NCBI GenBank assembly: GCA_010093705.1
Contig: MU006102.1
Span: 66,123 to 130,122, forward strand
Source of the DNA: Patellaria atrata CBS 101060
Taxonomy: Eukaryota
Direction: 5' to 3'
DNA: 64,000 nt
Part shown: positions 1-9,940 of the stretch, one piece after another
Layout of the letters: every line of letters begins with the position of its first letter
Numbering within the stretch: the stretch's first letter is position 1
Program-made: the position numbers and the translations under genes
The notes under the pieces: generated by a model
Seen by the model: the letters and a program-made list of their open reading frames with translations, nothing else
Databases searched by the model: none
Told to the model about the DNA's origin: nothing

Positions 1-1211
1 TTGCTCTTTGTTTGTCAAGATAGACTGGAATAAATCTTTAGTGGACAGTATCTTAACACAACATTGGTTTCTGAGGCGCGAGCTGTAGTCATATGAACTG
101 CAAAACAGAAATGTGAAAGGGTTCGAAGAAGCACTGTGTTTTTAGCATTGCTGGGTTACTGTACGCTTGCTATACACTCACCTGCCGATACTTGACTTTA
201 ACAGTGAACCAGAAAATATACAATCTACGTGCTCGCACGGCTCGCAGTCATTATACAATCCAGCCTTGATATAGCTTAACCAAAATGTCCCTCTGACGGA
301 GGGCTAGAGCACAGCTCATCTAGTATATTCTATCCAGAGTTATTGAGAAGAGATAACTAAAGAATGTATAACGTTCAGGGGTAATTGGACGATAACGGTT
401 TACACTCTTATTATGAAAATTCTAAAGCTGAGAAGTAAAGACACGACAAAATTTACACATATCCTTTGCCTTTGGGACTTTCGCCATGGATCCAATACTG
501 GTCTAACAGGACGCAAATTTTAGCTTCAAATTACTAGAGCTATCTAAATTGTATTCGGAAGCATCGTTAAGGTGGATGTGGACAGCGAAATCATGACACG
601 GATGGGACAGTCACTTCGTAAGGCTCCTTAAATGAGAAGTATAGCAAGGACCGAATGGCATTGAATGACACCAGTCCCCGATCAATCTTCAGTCTATTCT
701 GTCCCGTTAGTGGGGTTTCGCGGGGGTCGATTAAAGAAGTCGACGTACAGTACAATTCAAAAGGGCTCATTATACCAACTTTGAGATTCACGTATCTGCC
801 TTTATATACTCGTGCTCTTCTAGCATTATTCAATTCCCGTCAAGTAGTACATGAAGCTGGAGATGGGAGCTCGCGCTGTACGGATACGGTTCGGGGGTTG
901 GAACAACAGTTTTCGGCTGACTAATCGAAATGATAATTCAGATGTTGACTACCTGGGCTTACCTTTAGAACATCCCCCAACTCAAAACCGTAAGAAGATC
1001 ATGACAATTTATCTGCAATTCGACCGCATTTGAATCTTTCATGTCTCTTCCTCCCAGACGCATCATCTTGTCCAGGACAATATCGCATAGCAAGCGCCCC
1101 CCGTGAACATTGAATGCGAACATGCATTGGCAGCTCCAATAACACCAACCTGAGCTCACTTCCCAGATCGTTCGCGCTCCTATCTCCTCATACGGCTACA
1201 GATCTATCAGT

Positions 1212-2816
1212 ATGCCTTCCCGGAACCAGGAATACGAGCTCGTCGCCCGGAATTCAAACGAATTCGATCGCCCCAGCGATGGTTTTACCGCGTACGAGCA
1301 ACACGGGGCTACAACTTTCCCGATCCTTTCCAGATGGAACAAATTTTGGCGGAAATCACCACACTCATACAAAGAATTGAATGCGTCGCCCTTCCGCCGC
1401 CGACGGGTTTATCGGAGGGTTTGCTCCTGCTTGGCTCTGCTCCCACTGCTGGCAGCTATTCTGGTTACTCTAACCATGATATTCCGTCCTTCTTATACAT
1501 ATCCACCGCAACATTTTACCGAACTACGCAGTCGATGTATGCAACTGAAAGAACCCGGTCGGGGTAATGTAAATAACGAGAAGATATTCATAGCAGCAAG
1601 TCTATATGAGAAAGAGGGATCTCTAGTTGAGGGAGCTTGGGGCAAGGCTCTGGAAAAGCTAGTAGAACTCATAGGTCCCGCAAATGTTTATGTTAGCATA
1701 TATGAAGATAATGCAGATGATATTACGGTAGCAGCACTGCGGTCTCTAGATGAGAGGCTACAATGTAAGCATATGGTCAATGTGTCTATACATATACCTT
1801 GTTAACTGATAAGGATAGGCAACTCTTCGATTGGGAGCGAGAAGCTATCATATAACGAACTACCTCATTTCAAACTGCCCAATGGCAAAGAACGGCTAAA
1901 ACGAATCACTTTCCTTGCAGAAGTACGAAATCGCGCTTTACGCCCACTTGATGAGAGTTCTCAATTACCCCATTTCGACAAGTTATTATACCTTAATGAT
2001 GTAATATTCGACCCTATCGATGCTATTCAGTTACTCTTCTCCACAAATGTTGACGGTGAGGGACACGCACAATACCGAGCAGCATGTGCTGTCGATTTTA
2101 TCAACCCATTTAAATTCTACGATACTTTTGCAACACGGGATCTCGAAGGATACGGCATGGGTGTCCCGTTCTACCCTTGGTTTTCGGATGCAGGACGCGG
2201 ATACAGCCGTCGGGATGTTCTAGACCAGAAGGACGCAGTTCGTGTTCGCAGCTGCTGGAGTGGTATGGTCGCATTTGACGCCGGCTATTTCCAACCAGAG
2301 AACAGTCCACATATGAATGTAGAGGGCGGTGATGCTGTGACTAATCTGCCTGTTAAATTTCGCTCTGAGGAAAATACTTTCTGGGATTCCTCGGAATGCT
2401 GCTTAATTCACGCGGACATCCAACCACTACGAGAGCACACCGGAGATTCCAAACCCACGGGGATATATATGAATCCGTACATCAGAGTTGCGTACGACGA
2501 ATATACACTGAGCTGGCTTCCACTTACACGGCGCGCCGAACGACTATATTCACCTATACACAACTTTCTTAATCATATGGTGGGCATGCCCTGGTTCAAC
2601 GCTCGCCGGACACAGGAACCGGGGGATAACGTGTCTCTCAAAGTTTGGCACAATCATGATACAAATGATGATAACTCCCAGGGAGCTTTCGTCGATGAGG
2701 CCCGCATCGCCACTCCCGGTGGGTTCTGCGGGCTAAGGGGTGTCTCGGTATTGAATGAACACCCTAAGAAGGGAGAACCTAAATGGGAGAGATTGCCTGC
2801 GCCAGCGGACTCATAA
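1212..2816 (+). CDS. Glycosyltransferase family 69 (Cap59/Cmt1-like alpha-1,3-mannosyltransferase), type II membrane protein; exons 1212-1764, 1819-2816
   Basis: N-terminal TM (LALLPLLAAILVTLTMIF). Intron 1765-1818 (GTAAGC...AACTGAT...TAG) joins the 1212 ORF to the frame of the 2157 ORF. Motifs KIFIAASLY, VYVSIYED, RITFLAEVRNRALRPL, LYLNDVIFD, VRSCWSGMVAFDA, SECCLIHAD, MNPYIRVAY are typical of GT69. Confidence 0.9.
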
Positions 2817-3418
2817 CGCCTATATCATCTCTCTCTATTTCTTTCTTTCAATTGATGCTCCATCATTCCGTTCTATCCGAAAGCTCTACGACATACGGGC
2901 CGTTATACATCCTCGATTTTGGTCATAATCATAGCGCCGGCTTTTTTTTTTGGATTCGGGAGATCTACAGGAACAAGACACTATCCCCAAGCGGTGCATC
3001 CGGTCGAATTGTTTATCGAAATCAAAATGAACGTCTATGGGTTGTCCACCTGGCGTCTCTAGAATGAATGAGATCGTTACAATAGGATATCATACTGCAT
3101 AATCTCGAGCTATCTCATGTTCTCTTCTACATTCCCCACATTGTGAAAGTTTTCCTAATAAGAGGACAGAGATACTAGCGTAATTTGTTGAGTATCGAAG
3201 TTGGAATAATGGGAGCTGATACTGAACTGGGTACCTTAGGCGTCCGTTGCTGACGTTAAATCGGAATTGTGGCTCGGCTCGGCACACCATCTTTTTCGAC
3301 TTGTCATGTATACATCACATGTCAAGACTTTACCAAGAAGTACATAGTCAAAAGTACCTTACTCACCACAATTGTTTTCCTAAATCTGATATGTTTTCTT
3401 ACAACTGTTTTCGGCATA

Positions 3419-5486
3419 ATGCTAGATTTGCTATTCATCCCTTCGGTGCTAGTATTACTTGCAGCATCTCTTTTATACGTAATAATTGGAGGCATATATC
3501 GTCTCTTCTTTAGTCCAATTGCTCATTTTCCAGGTCCTAGGCTGGCTGCATTGACTTACTGGTACGAGTTCTACTATGATGTTGCTTGTCAAGGTCGTTA
3601 TTCGTGGAAAATACTGGAGCTGCACGAGAAATACGGTAATACTTGTCCCATATTTCCTGACTTGTTCACTCATATTTTCGTCCCTCTCGCGGGTGCATTC
3701 CTCAGCCATTGTACCTTTAATCAACATGTACTGTAGTGGCGGTCTGTGGAGTCAGCAGTATGACGAGATCTCTCCAACATATACGGAAATGTTCATTGTA
3801 CGGCTACGGGTTTCTCGTCCATTTTCGTTTTCCTGGACAGCAGAATCGGAGACTACTTGAAAGAGCAGCGTACAGTGGACGAGGAATGGTATGACATGTT
3901 GAAGTGATATGCACCCATCGCATCCAATCTCACCCTTAATATCCAAACATTTTATTTCATTCATTCGACTGATTCTTCGACAGGCCCCGTGATCCGTATC
4001 AATCCCGAGGAACTTCATATATCGGACCCAGACTTTCACGCTCATCTCTACGTCTCTGCATCTCGTCGGCACACCGAAAAGTTCCCATTTTCGGCCCGAA
4101 TGTTCGGTACCTCCACCGCCACTGTGAGCACCGTCTCGCACGATCTTCATCGTCTACGACGTGCACCGCTAAACACTTTCTTTTCGAAACGGAATGTTGT
4201 GAAGATGGAGCAAAGTGTTGGGAAGCAGGTGAAAAAAGTAGTTCAGAGATTAGAAAGGATGAGGGGGAAGATTGTGAACCTGAGAGATCTGTATGCGTGT
4301 TTTTCAGCAGATGTGATTGGGGACGTTGCATTTGGAGCCGGCTATGGGCTCTTGGATAAGGAGGACTTCGCTCCGGGATGGTGGAGGCTGATGATGGTAT
4401 GATAACCTGCATACCTCTCATTTATAAGAGATGATGATTGATACTTCGGTACAGGATTTGAGCCGTGCTACTCACCTGATGAAACAGTTCCCATGGCTTT
4501 ATACACTATTTACCACGCTGCCCGAACGTCTCGTGGCGCTCGTCCATCCCCTAACAAAACAACTATTCGACATTCGGAACGGTCTCTCCACCCAAATCGA
4601 TGTCTTTCGGTCAACACTCTGTCACTCTAGCCAAGATGTCCCTAAAAAGGATGTCCCTAAAAAGGATGTCCCTAAAAAGGATGTCGAAATCTTCCCACAC
4701 CCAACGATCCTTCATCACTTGTTCTCAGCCAACACGCCGCTCCCACCAACAGAACTCACAACACCCCGACTAACTGATGAATCCTTCACCCTCCTCGGCG
4801 CCGGTACCATTACTACCTCACACACACTGACTACAGCACTATACCACATTCTTTCTGACCCAACCATCGAATCCTATCTACGCACGGAACTTGTACAACT
4901 GTCCCCAATGCCGACATGGACCGAGCTCAAAAGACTCCCGTACCTCTCAGCTGTGATAGCAGAAGCATTACGTCTCTCATTTGGCGTCTCACATCGTCTA
5001 GCTCGTGTCTCACCTGATGAACCACTCTACTATCCACCTCCTTCCGAAAAGGGGGAACCTGATACTATACGTCCACAGTGGGTGATTCCACCCGGTACCC
5101 CCGTCAGCATGACACAGATGTTCATCCATCTAGATCCCGCCATATTCCCCTCACCTGGAACTTTCGACCCTTCACGCTGGCTCGAGGAGTCTCCTTCACC
5201 CGCACTCACATCTTCAGATGACGATGAATCACAATCCAAGAGACAAAGACGTATCCAATATATGCATCAGCACCTCATCCCCTTTTCGCGCGGGAGTCGC
5301 ATGTGCGCCGGTATGCATCTTGCGTACGTAGAACTGTACCTCATGCTCGGCGCGCTGTTTTCACCGGGAAGGGAGTGGAGGTTGAAGTTGTGGGAGACAG
5401 ATAAGGAAGACGTAGAAACTGTGAGAGATTTCTTTAATCCAGATTCCGGGAGCAACAGTAAGGGGGTGAGGGTGCTGGTGGTGTAA
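3419..5486 (+). CDS. Cytochrome P450 monooxygenase (trichodiene oxygenase/CYP58-like); exons 3419-3635, 3984-4396, 4455-5486
   Basis: N-terminal anchor then [32 protein letters not shown] across intron 3636-3983; second intron 4397-4454; I-helix GAGTITT, K-helix EALR, FDPSRW, heme motif [11 protein letters not shown]. Confidence 0.93.
4635..4685 (+). repeat. In-frame 15-bp tandem repeat (GATGTCCCTAAAAAG) x3 plus a partial copy, encoding DVPKK x3
   Basis: Perfect copies read directly within P450 exon 3. Confidence 0.95.
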
Positions 5487-8414
5487 TGTTCTTTGACGGG
5501 ATAGGGAAGATGGCGGAATGTAATTTGCGGAAGGTTTGGAGGCGTTCGTGAAGGAGAGAGATGCATTGAGGTAATCGAAATGCGAATGAGGTAGGATTAG
5601 TCTTGTGGATGGTGGATGTAGGTTAGACCCAAATACATCCTAGCGATGTTTAGGTGAGTTAGACATAACATACCACCTTTTTGATGTACATAGCTGGACT
5701 GTCATTCTACTATGGGGCTGCATTGTGAGTGACTATCGCGCAAACATACGTGTGTTAGACAAGGAATAGTTTTCAACAATCACTCATTTAGACGACCGAT
5801 TAGACTATCCAGTTCCCAACTTTGCCATCAACATTTTCCATCATTCCTACACCATCCCACGCTATTGTAGACATTATTACCCATCATCCAGGGCGAATCT
5901 CATTGATCACCTCTCCCATCGACTCCTTGATGGTTTCGCGCGGATTCCTCCTCTACGCTCCACACACTGGGTCATCTCGTCTTCCCAGTCCCTTTTGCAG
6001 CCTCCCTACAGTAAGTCTGTGCCACAAGACTGGCCATCGCATCAGATGTAGCCAGGACATCTGGTCTAAGGATAAATCAGCGATACCAGCCATCGAGATG
6101 TGAGTTGGGCACAACAACAATCGGATTGGGAACAGCCGCAACATTGTGGTATTCGACAGACGGATAGATTTGTAAAGAAGGATGAGAAGCGTGATAGGGC
6201 CGATGTGCTCAATCCGATCATGGAAGCGATAGTCGGACATGGTGTTTTCGTGTAATGTGGAGGGAGGAAGTAAAGAACGGGTCGGCTCCGGGATGATACG
6301 GTAGGTCGTCCTGATGGTTGATACTCGTGCTGTAGTTCGTGGGTGCGGCGTTAGGTGAGTGCTTGGCAAACTATGACGGGATAGAGAAATTGGTGCCCAG
6401 GTGATAGCAAGGGAGTCGAAATGATCTAGGGTTGTGATTTTCGAACAGGAGATCTTTAAAGAATATATATATCACGTATAGGGGTTCAACTGGATATTGG
6501 ACTATAGTTTTTACGTTGCATAGAAGCAACGTTCCCCTTTCTATTCGGAGTGACGATGAAACGAACCAGCGATTGCTCTAAAATTCTTGATAAGTTCATG
6601 CTTCCAGATTTGAATGCGGTCAAAGGACGACAAATTATACCTGTAAAGAAGAATTACGAACGTTTGAACCCCGAAAGGTACTTGTCCGATATTCTCCCTT
6701 TGAAATTTCGACTGTGTAAAGTCCTAACAGGTTTTCAAGGGAGTACACGAATCCCGAGACCAATGGTAGGAGACAACTACAGAGAACAAAACGAAGAGAA
6801 AAGGGGAACCAGCAAGACTCACGCTACATGCACTTTGCTCTTAGGGACAAAAACGAATCCGCTTTTCCGGTAGGGAGGTAAGCAAAGTCCCATCGCCAGA
6901 GGTGCACGCAGATGCGGAGAGGGGGTTGTCTTCCTGTCTATAATGGCTGGGGGAAATATTTGCTGATTCCCTTTATTCATTGTTCCTGTGAGATGAGCCC
7001 GATAATGAAAGAAGTAGAATTATAGAAACATGATATGTCTTGCTCTGGACTGTACAGAATACAAATTGAAAAAGAAAGGGGGTAGAGAGTAGAATTCCTT
7101 TTTTTTTTTTTTGAAACCTCACTATCCAGGCCCTAAAAATCTAAACGCTGATCTTCTTTTTAAATATGAGAAACACCTCAAGTACGAAATGATAATCATC
7201 TATAAGAGAAAAATTCCTCGATAACACTTGCCAAACGACGTTTATAACCTCATCATCTGTTTCGACTTCGCTGAAGATTCTTTCAACGGAGATGACGACT
7301 GCCTATAAGAAGCTCCCAAAACAGCAAACGCCAGATGAGTTTGTTCAAGGAGGTGAGACACAGACATGAGGATCCACATCGGCTTCTCACCCACCAAGCT
7401 TCCCCGTGGAATCCATGCTCTTACCCATCCACTCATAGGTTTTGACAAGAACTGATCTACAGAATCTCGGAGGCCCTGATCAGGCGTTCGAGAATGGTCT
7501 TCACAGGATGTTGAAAAGAGCTTACTGTTGATATTCGTACGTACAAGGTACGACAGAGTAAGAGAATGTCATTGCTTACAGTCCTCTTATGTGGATTTGT
7601 GGAGCCTCACTGTTTGCCCGAAGAGCACGTCCTGCTGATCCGAGTGGCCTGGGTGTCTGACGGTCTTCCAGGAATCCAGGCGTTCTGTGAAAAGGTGATG
7701 AGGGATTGAGAATTGCTTCCATCACATCTCTCTGTCCAAGGCTCTTCCTCGTCGAGATTCGAGAAACGTCCGCAGGCACGGAGAACTGCTGGGAGAACAG
7801 GTGGAGTTCCACTTACTTCCGTATCGAGGATGAAAAAGAGTGGTGATAGGCCTTACATATTTTCCCAATACGGTACCTTCACGCCACACATCATCCACAG
7901 GTTCTTCCATACTTCTTCCATACCCGTAACGTCGGCGACAAGAAAACGCTCCGTTAGAAATTCATCACTACCGAGACAAGCTCCCTTGAACCCAACCTCC
8001 CCAAGTTGCGAAGTCCAAGTTTCCCAGTTCGCACCTCACAGCTTCTCCAAACAAGGTTGTTGAATCCTTCTCGAATCCTGGCTGCTGCGAAAGCTCCCTA
8101 AGAGCCCCAAACCCCGCGATCCCAGAGATGCATCCACGCTCCTTCAATTTCCCAAAGACGCGTTTCTGCAGAGCATCTTAAACTTCGTAAGTCGGCTACA
8201 GCAAGGACGAAGGACGAAAGACGAAAAGTGGCATGAGAAAATGTGGTGTAATTGCCCTGTAAGATACCAGCCACCATGACAGTAGTCAGCATTCGAACTC
8301 ACGGAAGGCTTTTCTTGTTATGGGAATTGGGGGAGTCCTTGTCAACGGCGCTATTATACGCCACTTATGCCTGCTCACATATTCTAACACATCTTCATTA
8401 TGCAAATATATGCA

Positions 8415-9600
8415 GTAGAGGCTTGGACGCACAAGTAATTGTAAAGTGTTTCGTTGCCTTCCCCCTTCCCCCCCTACCGGGTCCTACAAGGGGAACAAAG
8501 TGCCGCGAAGAAACAGGAGATTCTTGCTCTCCATACCAAAGTGTTCCAGGAACACAAATACAAAAGAAACTAGAAACACGTTTTATCTCTATACTTCCTT
8601 TTTTTTTCTTTTTTTTTTCTCTATTAGCAAAACGATAGATGAAGCACAAGGGAAAAAAGAAAACCAAGAAGAAGGAGTTAGGGTGTGTCCGCCACGTTGC
8701 CTTCTGATTTGCCGAACCATACCATCGGGACGCGGCAGGGCGCGGGGGTTTCCCGCGCGGGATGTGCCGATCAGGACGGGTATGAGGCTGTCAGCTCCTT
8801 CGTCTCCACGGTCTCTTCGAGATTCGAGAATTCGTCTTTCACTCTTTCTCTGCTTTTTGGCGTTGCCCCGTTGATAAGCCGATAACGCCCTAGGGATCGA
8901 TCGGGGTCGTTGCTTTTGATAGGGGGTCCTGGAGGAGGGTGTTGGTTTTTATTTTCGTACCTTGTTGGCTAGGGTTGTAGCCATAAGTAAAAAGGAAACT
9001 GATATAACTTCTGCAGTTATGATACCACATGGGTGTCTGTTATGGAGGGGGAGAACCTTGGGCTTCCTCGCTGATCTCAAAGATCTCCCCTCCCAAATCG
9101 TTGAGCGTCGGAATTCTTTCGCAGCCGTGGCGGTCAGGTCCCCGTCCCGGTGGCCTTCCCGTTCTCACGGGCTCTAGGAGAGGAGAAGGGAACTGACTCG
9201 GTACCCGATGTGATATGATAGGATATAATCCTCCCACTGAGGTTGGTGGTGGACTGAGAATCATTATTTGGAAAGAAGCCCAAAAGCTGCAGGTCCGAAA
9301 AGCCTGCCTGTGCCCGTAAGCCACGCCCGCCCGACACTCAAGTCTCATTGGTGAAAACCGTCAATGCTAAAGGATTCAATATTTTTGATCGTATTTCTTT
9401 CAATTCGTTGATGCGTACGGAAATCTACTAGGAGTACTGTACTATACATTTGCTTGCATCTGCAGGCCGCCCGAAAACATAACAGACGGAAAGGCGTGAA
9501 AATCTGTAGGCTCAAAAAGCCCCTGTCCGTTGGTATCGACGCTGATAAAAATAAAGAGATAAGCAGCGGAGCCAAGGTGGTCGATATAGGTGCAAGCGAT
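8415..9600. ncRNA. Candidate large structured non-coding RNA of unknown family
   Basis: No credible ORF. Many 6-11 bp complementary segments, e.g. 8446-8452/8573-8579, 8689-8696/9126-9133, 8722-8732/9143-9153, 9044-9050/9087-9093, 9452-9461/9588-9597, 9534-9540/9580-9586. Found by eye only; not folded or searched. Confidence 0.35.
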
Positions 9601-9940
9601 TAGGATGCGCTTTTTTTTTCCTGCAAGACGATCCCAACCCATCACCTCCCCACCATGATAATTCCAGTACCTGTTCCGTCTCCAAAACACCGGGTATCCC
9701 AACTCGCAAAATGCCGAAAAAGTAAAAGTATCCAAGAAGATGTCGCTCCGTACAGGTGGATGTGCATCGATAAAACGCATGTACAATGAATGAAAAGAAA
9801 AGGAGCCCGTTGGTGTGGAAGTTGTCCAAAAAGAAAGGGGTCTAGCAAATCATAGCGCGTCGTTCACATCAAGGCATGCAGCCTTCCTGAATCTTTTTTC
9901 CCGAAATGTGAAATCGTTCGTCTTTTCGGCGTCCAATCAC

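Noticed and set aside
591..1159. Cluster of 60-89 aa ORFs upstream of the GT69 gene
   Set aside because: No motifs and overlapping on both strands; consistent with promoter sequence.
1212..5486. GT69 + P450 as a secondary-metabolite cluster
   Set aside because: No PKS, NRPS, terpene synthase, transporter or cluster regulator adjacent in this window; sequence left of the window is unknown.
5953..6369. 138-aa minus-strand ORF downstream of the P450
   Set aside because: Non-ATG start, no recognisable domain, no supporting splice structure.
8983..9016. + strand ATAAGT...ACTGAT...CAG as a telomerase-type terminal intron
   Set aside because: Only 34 nt, embedded in predicted hairpins, and no TTAGGG template upstream on the + strand.
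9058..9075. CTTCCTCGCTG resembling the HDV ribozyme L3 loop
   Set aside because: Flanks do not form P3, and no P1/P1.1/J4-2 arrangement could be built.
9135..9144. CAGGTCCCCG resembling RNase MRP CR-I
   Set aside because: Lacks the GAAAG context and has no downstream GGGGCT-type P4 partner.
9118..9232. TTCGCAGCC and GGATATAATCC resembling group I intron Q and S elements
   Set aside because: No R element able to form P7 lies between them, no nearby P element, and no host gene.
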